The notes beneath the pieces are model-generated. The model did not search any database and had not been told where the DNA came from. It saw only the letters and a list, made by a program, of their open reading frames with translations. Shown here in pieces: positions 9,362 to 18,488 of a DNA stretch of 64,000 nucleotides. A program made the position numbers and the translations under genes. Each line of letters starts with the position of its first letter. Positions within the stretch are counted from its first letter, which is position 1. The DNA comes from Fimbriimonadales bacterium (GTDB lineage: Bacteria; Armatimonadota; Fimbriimonadia; Fimbriimonadales; ATM1). The DNA is taken from the NCBI GenBank assembly GCA_041744215.1, contig JBGTLG010000025.1, positions 32,001 through 96,000 on the forward strand, written 5' to 3'.

Positions 9362-9750
9362 AGGAATCGCTGCCAATTCGCAGTGCCGCATGTATTCTAG
9401 GGGCAGCTGCGGCCACTTTGCTGCATATCTCCATCGTTGCTCTCGGAAACGTCACGGTCGGATGGGGTTTCGACTTGGTGCTGGCGGGAATCCACTTTCT
9501 GGCTGCCATTGCGTTCGCCTTTTTGTTCGCAGGCATCCTTCGAGAACGTAGATTGCGCGCCTTGATGAGCATATCATCGTTGATCGCTGTTGCCGCTTCA
9601 GCCGGCTACTTCCTCGCGTTACGCTCGCTTGGACGCTTACCTCCCTTTGTCGAGTGGGGCTCGTTTGTTCTGACCAGCTTGGGTTTAGGTTTCTTTTCCG
9701 CATCAGTGGCGAAGATGTTGATATTGCGTAATACTGCGAACGAAAGGTGA
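9346..9750 (+). CDS. Hypothetical 4-TM membrane protein
   Basis: Four hydrophobic segments; ATG overlaps the end of the upstream gene. Confidence 0.6.
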   Translation: MSSAVKESLPIRSAACILGAAAATLLHISIVALGNVTVGWGFDLVLAGIHFLAAIAFAFLFAGILRERRLRALMSISSLIAVAASAGYFLALRSLGRLPPFVEWGSFVLTSLGLGFFSASVAKMLILRNTANER

Positions 9751-9759
9751 TTTGGCGAG

Positions 9760-10395
9760 ATGAAGAGCAGATCCAGAGCACTTACACTTCCAGAGCTGCT
9801 TGTTGCGATCCTTATCATTTCGCTTCTGGCTGCGTTAGTCGCGCCCATTTATGGGCGTTCCAAGGAAGCTGGGAAACGCGGTGTATGCATAACCCGACTG
9901 CGACAGTTTGGTACAGCTTTGAGTCTATACGCGGATGCCTATGGTGATTACCCAAAAGATCCGTCGCTACTCAGTCACTCCGAGCAATTGCCCGCCGTGC
10001 TACTTGCCTGCCCGTCGGATCCTTTCGACGGGTTTGCCAGCGTCGCTTGGCAATGCCGCGGCAGAAAGTCGTTACTGCCATTCAGCTATGAGACGATGTT
10101 AGATTGGCATGACGAGCTTAGATCGGATCTGTTAGCGGCCGACGCGAACCACGGGGTACTTGCCTGTCGTCTCCATGGCGTACGTGAATCCGCAAGGGCG
10201 AGAGAAGTGTGCCTTGACCTACCATTCATGTTCCACGGGACTCTGCTCCGGTTACGTCGAGATTCATCCGTGCAAACTGCCAGATACGTGGTTCAAAGTG
10301 TTGAGTGGCCGCTCGGCAGCGGTCGGTACTATCCTGGTGCCTCACCCTGGGACCTTTTTACCGACGAGCCACGGCCGAAGCGCTTTCCGTTCTAA
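9760..10395 (+). CDS. Prepilin-type N-terminal cleavage/methylation domain protein
   Basis: MKSRSRA|LTLPELLVAILIISLLAALVAP..SKEAGKRGVCITRLRQFGTALSLY..CPSD resembles the DUF1559-like pseudopilin family. Confidence 0.85.
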   Translation: MKSRSRALTLPELLVAILIISLLAALVAPIYGRSKEAGKRGVCITRLRQFGTALSLYADAYGDYPKDPSLLSHSEQLPAVLLACPSDPFDGFASVAWQCRGRKSLLPFSYETMLDWHDELRSDLLAADANHGVLACRLHGVRESARAREVCLDLPFMFHGTLLRLRRDSSVQTARYVVQSVEWPLGSGRYYPGASPWDLFTDEPRPKRFPF

Positions 10396-10571
10396 AGCGA
10401 AACTCGACGAGTGCCCCTGTGTGCCACTGACCGATTCGCCTTCAACCTTCGATCCTTGTCTGGCCTCGCGCGATTCTTGCCGATGCTACACTCTTTCCAA
10501 CGACTGTGCGCTAAGTGACCACGACCACACGCTGTGAAAGGAGTGTGGCCTCCAAAAGAAGGAAGGAAACT

Positions 10572-10913
10572 ATGCCTCGATATCTGATTTCGTTTGATGA
10601 CGGCTCAATGGACCACATTCATGAAGAAGATTTGCCAACAATTGGCGAGGAAGCACGTAAGGTGGTTCGAGAGGCAAAGGCCTCGGGGGTTTGGATTTTC
10701 GGCGGTGGTGTCCAGCGCCAGCGAGCGGCGATTGTTGCGACGGATGGTGCCGTCACGCTCGGCCCAGTGCCGGAGACAAAATCGGTCATTGGTGGGTTCT
10801 CGATTATCGAGGTTCCCTCACAGGATGAAGCGTTGGTTTGGGCTGCCAAGTTCGCTGCAGCGTGTCTCTGCGCGCAGGAGGTTCGCGAGATCATGTTCGA
10901 CCCAGAGTCTTGA
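10572..10913 (+). CDS. YciI/DGPF-family protein
   Basis: GVWIFGGG..TDGAVTLGPVPETKSVIGGFSIIEVPSQDEALVWA..QEVRE; AAGGA RBS. Confidence 0.85.
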   Translation: MPRYLISFDDGSMDHIHEEDLPTIGEEARKVVREAKASGVWIFGGGVQRQRAAIVATDGAVTLGPVPETKSVIGGFSIIEVPSQDEALVWAAKFAAACLCAQEVREIMFDPES

Positions 10914-10984
10914 TGGGAGGTTTATCCCTCCACTATTTTGGATGAGTTTGTCACAGATCAGGAATACCCAACTTCGACGGCTTT

Positions 10985-11058
10985 TCACTAGGCGGCACAC
11001 ATACCCGTGAGAAACTCATACAGCGGGCTGAGGCTCAGTTCACCCACGGCGGCCGCAC
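10985..11058 (+). repeat. 74-bp imperfect direct repeat, copy 2
   Basis: Aligns without gaps to 8668-8741. Confidence 0.9.
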
Positions 11059-11081
11059 TCTACGACCGCACGCTCGGCAGC

Positions 11082-11112
11082 AAAAGGGGCCGATCCAAGG
11101 CGTCGACCCCTT
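11082..11112 (-). terminator. Terminator of the fasciclin gene
   Basis: Minus strand AAGGGGTCGA-loop-TCGGCCCCTTTT. Confidence 0.65.
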
Positions 11113-11132
11113 GTTACTGTGCAGACAGGAGG

Positions 11133-11687
11133 CTACATGGGGGGAAGAATGACGCGATCGATGACATGAATAACGCCATTGCTTGCCGGTACGTCGACTG
11201 CCACTACCGTCGCTCCGTCAACCATGACTTTTCCATCTCTGACCGTGATCGTGATCTCGTTTCCTTCGACTGACTTCACTTTTCCTGGCTTCACATCGGC
11301 CGACATCACCTTGCCACCAACCACATGATAGGTCAGAACCCGTCGCAACAGGTCGGGGTCGCTGCCCAGCTTGTCGAGGGTGGCCCTATCAACCTTAGAG
11401 AAGGCTTCGTCTGTGGGTGCGAAGACGGTGAACTCACCACCCTTGAGCGTATCAACGAGGCCAGCCTTGGCCACGAGATCAACCAATGTAGTGAAGCTGC
11501 CGTTCGCGATTGCGACATCTACGATAGTGTTCGTCGACGCGGGTTCAGGGGTCGGCTCTAAGGAAGGCATCTGCGACCGCTCTGTCGTCTGCTCCATCGA
11601 ATCGGCTGGGGCATCGTCCCCACAACCGAATAGAAAGGCACCCGACACGATGGCCGCGAGGCCTGTTAGTAGAATTCTATTGTTCAT
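11133..11687 (-). CDS. Fasciclin (FAS1) domain lipoprotein
   Basis: Lipobox [36 protein letters not shown]; the long upstream part of the track ORF is antisense to rplT. Confidence 0.92.
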   Translation of the reverse strand: MNNRILLTGLAAIVSGAFLFGCGDDAPADSMEQTTERSQMPSLEPTPEPASTNTIVDVAIANGSFTTLVDLVAKAGLVDTLKGGEFTVFAPTDEAFSKVDRATLDKLGSDPDLLRRVLTYHVVGGKVMSADVKPGKVKSVEGNEITITVRDGKVMVDGATVVAVDVPASNGVIHVIDRVILPPM

Positions 11688-11789
11688 GCTATTCACGCTC
11701 CATTGTTCTGTTGGGCGAAGCCCACAAGTTGTCCATACGTCAAACATGATCGACATCGTGCGTCGATTATTATCTACAGAGGCTAAAGG

Positions 11790-11795
11790 TATAAT
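11790..11795 (+). promoter_or_regulatory. -10 box (TATAAT) of a putative rplT promoter
   Basis: Perfect TATAAT about 70 nt upstream of rplT; SD GAGGTG at 11849. Confidence 0.55.
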
Positions 11796-11861
11796 TTGCG
11801 CTCCTACCGCTACCGCCCGAATGGGCTGGGACCCGGTCGAGACCGAACGAGGTGAAATGGA

Positions 11862-12218
11862 ATGGCACGCGTTAAGCGAGCAGCGATGGCGCACAAGCGC
11901 CACAAGAAGCTTCTGAAAGCCGCCGAAGGCTATTGGGGCCGGAAGAAGAGCAATTTTAAGATCGCCCACGAGCAGGTGATGAAGTCGGGACAGTATGCGT
12001 TCCGAGATCGTCGTCAGAAGAAGCGCGATTTCCGCAGGCTTTGGATTGTGCGCATCAGTGCGGGCTGTTTGGCAAACGAAATCAAGTACGCCCAGTTCAT
12101 GCACGGACTCAAGGAGGCAGGGATTGAGGTGGATCGCAAGGTCTTGAGCGACTTGGCGATTGCCGATCCCTCTGCGTTTAGCGCGCTGGTTGTGCGGGCC
12201 AAATCGGCGCTTGCATAA
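11862..12218 (+). CDS. rplT: 50S ribosomal protein L20
   Basis: [40 protein letters not shown]. Confidence 0.98.
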   Translation: MARVKRAAMAHKRHKKLLKAAEGYWGRKKSNFKIAHEQVMKSGQYAFRDRRQKKRDFRRLWIVRISAGCLANEIKYAQFMHGLKEAGIEVDRKVLSDLAIADPSAFSALVVRAKSALA

Positions 12219-12242
12219 GCGCCGCGCGAAACGAAGTTGATG

Positions 12243-12279
12243 GGCCCGCCGGTCGAAAGATTCGGCGGGCCTTTTTCTT
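12243..12279 (+). terminator. Rho-independent terminator after rplT
   Basis: GGCCCGCCG...CGGCGGGCC then TTTTTCTT. Confidence 0.85.
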
Positions 12280-12301
12280 AGACCCATGAGAGCATGTTGC
12301 G

Positions 12302-12820
12302 ATGAGCACGGAAACCACGTACTGCAAACGACACCCGAAGGAGGAGACAGCCCTTCGGTGCAGCCGTTGCGAGGATTTGATTTGCCCGAAATGTGCGGTG
12401 CTGACCCCCGTTGGGTACCGGTGTGCGCGCTGTGGGAAGGAGAAGAGCGCAACAATGTCGGCGCCACCGAAAACCCTGCTGATCGGGGGAGCGTCGGGAT
12501 TCGTCCTCGGTTTCGTCTCGTCGGTCTTGGTGCCCTCGGTGATCGGATTCTTCGTGCTCTTTCTGGGAGCGATTGTCGGTGGATTCATCGGGGAGATTGT
12601 GAGCAGGCTTTGCGGTCGAAAGAAGAGCCGGCTAATCGCAGGGATGACCGCTGCCGGTTTCATCTTGGGCGCGTTCTTTCTTCCTACACGGGGAGTCTTG
12701 GGATTAGTAAGCGAAGGGGTCGCCCTCGAAACGGCGATTTCTGTGGCGCGCTTTCCTTTGTGGGCTCTCGCGTACGCGATCATTGGCAGTATTGCCGCTT
12801 GGGCACGGCTGACTTGGTAA
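12302..12820 (+). CDS. B-box-like zinc-finger membrane protein
   Basis: [23 protein letters not shown] followed by about four TM helices. Confidence 0.8.
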   Translation: MSTETTYCKRHPKEETALRCSRCEDLICPKCAVLTPVGYRCARCGKEKSATMSAPPKTLLIGGASGFVLGFVSSVLVPSVIGFFVLFLGAIVGGFIGEIVSRLCGRKKSRLIAGMTAAGFILGAFFLPTRGVLGLVSEGVALETAISVARFPLWALAYAIIGSIAAWARLTW

Positions 12821-12833
12821 CACGGAGAATGGC

Positions 12834-13838
12834 TTGGAATCAATTGACATAGTTGAAAAGGCGGCGTGCGCTGCGGTCGCATCTGCGAATACATCCGCGG
12901 AGCTACGCGAAATCGAGGTTCGGTATCTGGGTCGAAACGGCGAACTTACTGGGCTGCTCCGTCGAGTCGGTGCGCTGCCCAATGACCAGAAGCCTTTGTT
13001 CGGCAAGGCGGTCAACGAAGCAAAAGCGCGGGTTCAGACCTTAATCGATGAGCGTGCGGTTGCACTGAGTGGGGCAGAACAGGCCGCGAGGTTTGAAACG
13101 GAGAAGGTGGATCTGACGATGCCGGGTCGCCGATTCCGTGCGGGCTTGCCTCATGTTTTGGCGCAAACAATTGAGCGAGTGAAGAGCGTGATGATCGGGC
13201 TTGGGTTTCAATATGTCGATGGGTCGGAACTCGAGTCGTTGCGTTACAATTTTTCTGCGCTCAACTATCCGCCTGATCATCCTGCAATGGACGACCAAGA
13301 CACATTCTATATCGACGATGAGCGATTGCTTCGCACGCAATGCACCGCGATTCAAGGAAGGACCTTCGAATCGAGGGAACCTCCTCTGAGAGTGTTCACC
13401 ATCGGACGATGCTTTCGGAATGAAGCAGTTGACAGGACGCACGGCCACACTTTTATGCAAGTGGACGCTTTTATGGTCGATGAAGGGATTTCGATGGCGC
13501 ACTTGCGTGGAACGCTCGGCGCGTTTGCACGCGCCATGTTTGGACCTGAGATGACAGTTCGGTTTCGCCCAGATTACTTCCCTTTCGTCGAGCCCGGAGT
13601 TGACTTCGCGATCACAAATCCCTTCAAGAATCGAGGTGCTGGAGATTGGATGGAGATTGGGGGCGCTGGGCTTGTGCATCCGAACATTCTCGAAGCGCAT
13701 GGAATCGACACAGAACGATTCAGCGGGTTTGCGTTCGGGCTCGGCATCGAACGGATCTGCATGACGCAGTACGGCATCGACGATCTGCGGTTGTTCTTTG
13801 ACAATGACTTGCGATTTTTGGAGCAGTTCCCCGCATGA
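12834..13838 (+). CDS. pheS: Phenylalanine--tRNA ligase alpha subunit
   Basis: HPAMDDQDTFY, LLRTQ, FRPDYFPFVEPG, GFAFGLGIER. Confidence 0.97.
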   Translation: MESIDIVEKAACAAVASANTSAELREIEVRYLGRNGELTGLLRRVGALPNDQKPLFGKAVNEAKARVQTLIDERAVALSGAEQAARFETEKVDLTMPGRRFRAGLPHVLAQTIERVKSVMIGLGFQYVDGSELESLRYNFSALNYPPDHPAMDDQDTFYIDDERLLRTQCTAIQGRTFESREPPLRVFTIGRCFRNEAVDRTHGHTFMQVDAFMVDEGISMAHLRGTLGAFARAMFGPEMTVRFRPDYFPFVEPGVDFAITNPFKNRGAGDWMEIGGAGLVHPNILEAHGIDTERFSGFAFGLGIERICMTQYGIDDLRLFFDNDLRFLEQFPA

Positions 13839-15859
13839 AAGTAACCGTTGAGTGGATCAAGGAGTTTGTGAATACGGAAGCGAGCGCTGATGAGATCGGC
13901 GATGCGCTGACGATGCTTGGCATCGAGTTAGAGGGCATCGATGATTCGCCCCTAGGTCCTGTTCTCGACTTTAAGGTGACTCCAAACCGCGGGGACTGTT
14001 TGTCGGTCATCGGGTTGGCACGCGAACTTGCTGCGAAAAATGCGACCCGATATCGACCGACGGAGTTGTTCGTGCGTGCAGCAAAGGGATTCTTGCGCGG
14101 GGATGAAACGCAGGCACTCAGTTCGGCTCGCGTCGAGATCGAAGCCGACGATCTCTGCTTGAGATTTTCCGCACGTGGATGGGACGGAATTCGAGTCGTT
14201 CCATCGAGCTCAAAGCTCCAAGCGAGGCTTTCGGCCTGTGGCATGAGGCCGATCAACGTAATCGTTGATGCTGCGAACTACGTCATGTTGGAATTGGGTC
14301 AACCGCTCCATACCTTTGACTTCGACCTGTTAAGAGAGGAGCGCATCGTTGTGCGGCGGGCGAGGACCGGTGAAACACTAACATCGCTCGATGACGAGGA
14401 ACGGGATCTATCGACAGATATGCTAATGATTTGCGACGGAGTCGGTCCGGTAGCGATCGCAGGCGTGATGGGAGGAGCAAACAGCGAAGTTTCTGAAGGG
14501 ACGACGCGCATTCTCTTGGAGTCTGCCCACTTCGATCCTCGTTCGATACGAGCGACAAGAAAACACCTCGGCATGAGCACAGAAGCGAGCTATCGATTCG
14601 AGCGCTTTGTCGATCCACAAGGAACTTTGCGAGCAACGAATCGATTTGCTGAGATCTTAGAATCTGAAAGCGGAGTTAGCCCACTGCAAGGAGTGATCGA
14701 CTTGCATCCTCGCAAGCGCGAGGCGAGTTCGCTCACCGTTCGTGAGTCAAGGTGGAACAGCCTACTCGGAATGCAGGTGCCGAGAGCGGCGGCAGGTGCG
14801 GCGCTTGTTGGCCTTGGGTTTCGTGTGGAGGAGACCAACGAAGGACTTAGTGCAGTCACGCCAAGTTGGAGATCTGACATCCATCGCGAAGAAGATCTCA
14901 TCGAGGAGATTGGCAGGGTGTGGGGTTATGAGCGTGTTCCAGAAGCTCTCCCAACGGGCGCGGCTATGGGCGGCGAGACTCCGGAATCGGCCTTTCTTAC
15001 TAAGTGCAGAAATGCAATGCTGCGGATGGGATTCACGGAGGTATTGAATCACACGCTTTGCGCAGATTCGCCGTTAGACATTGCTGCGGAACGCGTGGCT
15101 TTACGTCATCCACAGTCGCCTGAGCTTGCACTGCTTCGGTCATCGCTATTGCCTGGTGTTTCTATGTCGATGGCAAGAAACCGTGGCCGCGATATCCAGA
15201 TCTTCGAAATCGGCCGCGTCTTCCATGGCAGTTGGGAGTTTGCAATGCTTGGGATTGGCATGAGCGGCCGATTGTTGGAAGAAGACTGGAATCAACCGCA
15301 ATCGCCGAACGCTGACTTCTATTCCGCAAAGGGTGTCGTGGAGAAACTCATGGAGATGGCTGAGAGGGTCGGAGAGTTTCGTGAGACAAGCGATGCGCGC
15401 TTCCATCCAGGACGACGCGGTGCGCTGTTTGATGGTGACGAAGAACTGGCGGTGTTCGGCGCGGTCTTGCCGGAGATCGCAAACAAACTTGATTTGCCTA
15501 AGGGGAGCCTTTTGGCAGAGATCGACTTGCACGCACTCTTCAATGCGCCCAAAGTGGAGCGCATCTATACGCCTATCAGCCAATTCCCTTCGGTTCGGCG
15601 CGACTTTTCGATATCTATAGCGAAGTCCGTGAGTTACATTGAGATCGAGAGAGCAATACGGCAAGCAGCGGGCGAGCTCGCGGATAGAGTTTGGCCGATC
15701 AGTTCCTACGAGGGGAAAGGAATCGAGCCGGGGCATCACGGAATCGCCGTGGCATTGGTCTTGAGAGACCGCGAGCGCACTCTTACGGATGAAGAGGCGA
15801 ATGACGTTTGTGAGAATGCGTGGAAGAAACTTGAATCGCTCGGCGCTACGCGGCGGTAG
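13835..15859 (+). CDS. pheT: Phenylalanine--tRNA ligase beta subunit (short form lacking the B2 OB-fold)
   Basis: TPNRGDCLSVIGLARE, ASYRFER, DLIEEIGRVWGY, C-terminal FDX-ACB (FPSVRRDFS..TLTDEE). Confidence 0.96.
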   Translation: MKVTVEWIKEFVNTEASADEIGDALTMLGIELEGIDDSPLGPVLDFKVTPNRGDCLSVIGLARELAAKNATRYRPTELFVRAAKGFLRGDETQALSSARVEIEADDLCLRFSARGWDGIRVVPSSSKLQARLSACGMRPINVIVDAANYVMLELGQPLHTFDFDLLREERIVVRRARTGETLTSLDDEERDLSTDMLMICDGVGPVAIAGVMGGANSEVSEGTTRILLESAHFDPRSIRATRKHLGMSTEASYRFERFVDPQGTLRATNRFAEILESESGVSPLQGVIDLHPRKREASSLTVRESRWNSLLGMQVPRAAAGAALVGLGFRVEETNEGLSAVTPSWRSDIHREEDLIEEIGRVWGYERVPEALPTGAAMGGETPESAFLTKCRNAMLRMGFTEVLNHTLCADSPLDIAAERVALRHPQSPELALLRSSLLPGVSMSMARNRGRDIQIFEIGRVFHGSWEFAMLGIGMSGRLLEEDWNQPQSPNADFYSAKGVVEKLMEMAERVGEFRETSDARFHPGRRGALFDGDEELAVFGAVLPEIANKLDLPKGSLLAEIDLHALFNAPKVERIYTPISQFPSVRRDFSISIAKSVSYIEIERAIRQAAGELADRVWPISSYEGKGIEPGHHGIAVALVLRDRERTLTDEEANDVCENAWKKLESLGATRR

Positions 15860-17156
15860 TTCTCGTCTCGTTGCGCGATCGATGCAGGGATAAGAGCAGT
15901 TCGAAAGTTGCAAGCAACAACGCAACGACAAAGATCGCGCGGAATGCGAGCGGCAGGTGGAAGTAATGCCCGAGGGTATGTTGAAATGACATCGGCGCAT
16001 AGCTGCCGACCGCGCATAGCAAGCCGAACGACGCTTGCAGCAGTCGGCGACGGGCAACGATAAGACCACATACGTTTGCGAGGAAGTCGACTAGCGCCTT
16101 CCAGTAAAGTTCCATCGCAAGCGCATAGATGCCGATGTATTGCTCGAAGACTTGCGCAAGCATCGGAAGATCGCGCCTTGCTGGAAAGATCCACCCAATG
16201 ATATCGCGAATGCCTCCTCGGATTCCGCGCATCGCCTGACCTCGGTATCGACTATCTACCTCAAGGAAAGCTTGGTGTAACCAGATGTAAGTCGCGATCA
16301 TCACCCACGGGATAACGTGCCACACCCAGCGGACACTGACGGATTGCAGTCGCAATGCGATGGCGCAGGCCAAGAGCAGAGCTGGCACTACGACAACCTG
16401 CTCATAGGATCCGATCGCCATCGCAAGCAGCGCAATACTCAGTATCGCCCACTGAGGGCGACGCAGCCGCTCGTACTTGCAAAAGGCGAATAGCGATGAA
16501 AGCGAGAAAAGCGTCATAAGGGTCGCTGTTCTTCCTACAGGCCAACCAACTACGCGGAAGTCGAACGATCTCTGGTTGATATCTGACGACTGCAGCACGA
16601 GCGACAACTCGCGACCGAGGAAGATTACAGCACCGGCGCAAACCAACCACCACAGTCGCCGACTCGCTCCGAAGGCAAGGCCGTATATAGCGATTAGCAA
16701 GCCGAGGGAAAGAAGTAACCAATACAAGGGAAGCCAATTCTCAAGACCGTTCTGCCACGCGGCAAACACGATCGCGCTGCCAGCGGCGAGCGCGCGATCA
16801 TAGAACAGCTCCCAAACCAACCATAACAAAACAAGCGAAGATGCGAATGCGATAAGCCAGTTCTGAATTTTATACTTGTTGAGATCACTATGGAAGATCG
16901 CATCGTCTATTGCAAAGGAAACGGTCGGGAGCGGCCGATAAAATCCGTTGTAAAGCGGCCAGTCAGAGACAAACCACTTTGTGATGGGAGAGCCTTCAGA
17001 TCGCAATTGCTGCAACAACACCCGCTGGTCGTGATGATCGTCGACTCGATCGAGGCCCACGTAGCCCATATCGTCGTGTCGAAACACGTGATCGAGTCCG
17101 GCTGCGCTGACCAACGTTATCGCCAAGCATGCGATAATCAGGAACGATCGTGACAT
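15846..17156 (-). CDS. Polytopic membrane protein, possible GT-C glycosyltransferase
   Basis: N-terminal TM then HDD acidic motif, FYRPL, SYE motif, many TM helices. Confidence 0.55.
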   Translation of the reverse strand: MSRSFLIIACLAITLVSAAGLDHVFRHDDMGYVGLDRVDDHHDQRVLLQQLRSEGSPITKWFVSDWPLYNGFYRPLPTVSFAIDDAIFHSDLNKYKIQNWLIAFASSLVLLWLVWELFYDRALAAGSAIVFAAWQNGLENWLPLYWLLLSLGLLIAIYGLAFGASRRLWWLVCAGAVIFLGRELSLVLQSSDINQRSFDFRVVGWPVGRTATLMTLFSLSSLFAFCKYERLRRPQWAILSIALLAMAIGSYEQVVVVPALLLACAIALRLQSVSVRWVWHVIPWVMIATYIWLHQAFLEVDSRYRGQAMRGIRGGIRDIIGWIFPARRDLPMLAQVFEQYIGIYALAMELYWKALVDFLANVCGLIVARRRLLQASFGLLCAVGSYAPMSFQHTLGHYFHLPLAFRAIFVVALLLATFELLLSLHRSRNETRTTAA

Positions 17157-17161
17157 GTCAG

Positions 17162-18445
17162 TTAGACGGACTCGAGTGCGGCCTCAAGATCGCTTAGGAT
17201 ATCGCGGACGTCTTCGATACCTACACTGAGTCGGATACCACCCGGTGCAATTCCCGCGTCTTTCTGCGCTTCCAGCGGAATCGTGGCGTGCGTCATTGAA
17301 GCCGGATGTTCCACGAGCGTTCGGATGTTGCCCAGGCTGACTGCGAGGGTTACGCTCAGAGCGTTGCTTGCAAGGTGGTTGATTACGCGCTTAGCCCTTT
17401 GCAACGCCTCGTCGCCATCGCCTTCAACTTCAAAGTAGACCATTGATCCTGGCGCGAAGTTGCCATCAATGTCCCGCATCTGCTCCATCGCCAGGTCGAT
17501 TTGTGGGTAACCCGATATTCCGGGGTAGCTGACGCGCTTCACCTTTTGATGGAGACTGAGAAACTCGGCGATTCTCGTAGCAGATTGTTGTTGCCGCTCG
17601 ACTCTAAGCGCGAGAGTCGGCAAACCATACGTGAGGATTTCCCAAGCGGCGCGGGGCGAGATCGAGCCACCAAAGTCCTTTCTGAACAGCAGAAGGTCGG
17701 TTTCTTTTGAGTGTGGGCCGATAACTGCGCCTCCCATTGTCGTCCCGAAGCCGCACAAGTTCTTCGTGAGGCTGTGAACAACGAAGTCAATTCCACACTG
17801 AAGCGGTCGCTGACAGAATGGCGTTGCGAATGTGTTATCTACAATGGTAGCGATCTTCTGATCCTCTTCGCGTTTTGCATTTACCTTTTTCACAGCTTCG
17901 ACCACAGCGCAAATGTCGATAAGTTCCATAGTTGGGTTGCAGGGCGTTTCAAAGTAGACAACGCGCGTTTCAGACTTGATCGCTTTATCAAGCTCGCTCA
18001 GTTGGGTCAGGTCCACAAATGTGCAGTTCACTCCGAATCTTGAGAGCCATCCTGTTATCAAGCCGTAGGTGCAACCATAAATCGTCTTGTGGCAAACGAT
18101 GTGGTCACCAGACTTGAGGTGGATTCCGAGGACGGCACTGATCGCCGCCATGCCAGTTGCAAAGCACACCGCCGTTTCGCCTTTCTCAGCGAAGGCAAGA
18201 GTTTCTTCAAGAAGGGACTGGCACGGGTCATCGAGTCGACCATAGATGTAGATCGGGTGGTGAGTATCGCGGTCGATTTCGGGGTTCGCAAACTGTTGAA
18301 ACGCCTCTGCGCCTCGATCCGCGCTTCGCAGCCTAAACGTTACGGAAGTCGTGATTGGCGGCGTAATGTGGTCGTCGAAGTCCCACTTTTCGCTGCGGAA
18401 CTTCCCATGAATGAGGACGGAGCGGTCTCGATAGTTCGATCCCAT
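17162..18445 (-). CDS. PLP-dependent Cys/Met metabolism enzyme (methionine gamma-lyase/cystathionine gamma-synthase family)
   Basis: IYGR, FATGMAAI, ETPCNPT, VDNTFATP, HSLTKN, LAVSLG, HPASMTH. Confidence 0.92.
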   Translation of the reverse strand: MGSNYRDRSVLIHGKFRSEKWDFDDHITPPITTSVTFRLRSADRGAEAFQQFANPEIDRDTHHPIYIYGRLDDPCQSLLEETLAFAEKGETAVCFATGMAAISAVLGIHLKSGDHIVCHKTIYGCTYGLITGWLSRFGVNCTFVDLTQLSELDKAIKSETRVVYFETPCNPTMELIDICAVVEAVKKVNAKREEDQKIATIVDNTFATPFCQRPLQCGIDFVVHSLTKNLCGFGTTMGGAVIGPHSKETDLLLFRKDFGGSISPRAAWEILTYGLPTLALRVERQQQSATRIAEFLSLHQKVKRVSYPGISGYPQIDLAMEQMRDIDGNFAPGSMVYFEVEGDGDEALQRAKRVINHLASNALSVTLAVSLGNIRTLVEHPASMTHATIPLEAQKDAGIAPGGIRLSVGIEDVRDILSDLEAALESV

Positions 18446-18488
18446 AGTGGGACCCTACTTCGACATCGCAGGCTCGCTTCCCTGCTGC

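Noticed and set aside
8668-11058. Integron attC sites or prophage att sites
   Set aside because: No RYYYAAC/GTTRRRY ends, no integrase, no tRNA-derived sequence
11688-12467. 444-aa fasciclin fusion, and likewise the N-terminal extensions of the modC and GH130 track ORFs
   Set aside because: The extensions overlap other genes and better internal starts exist
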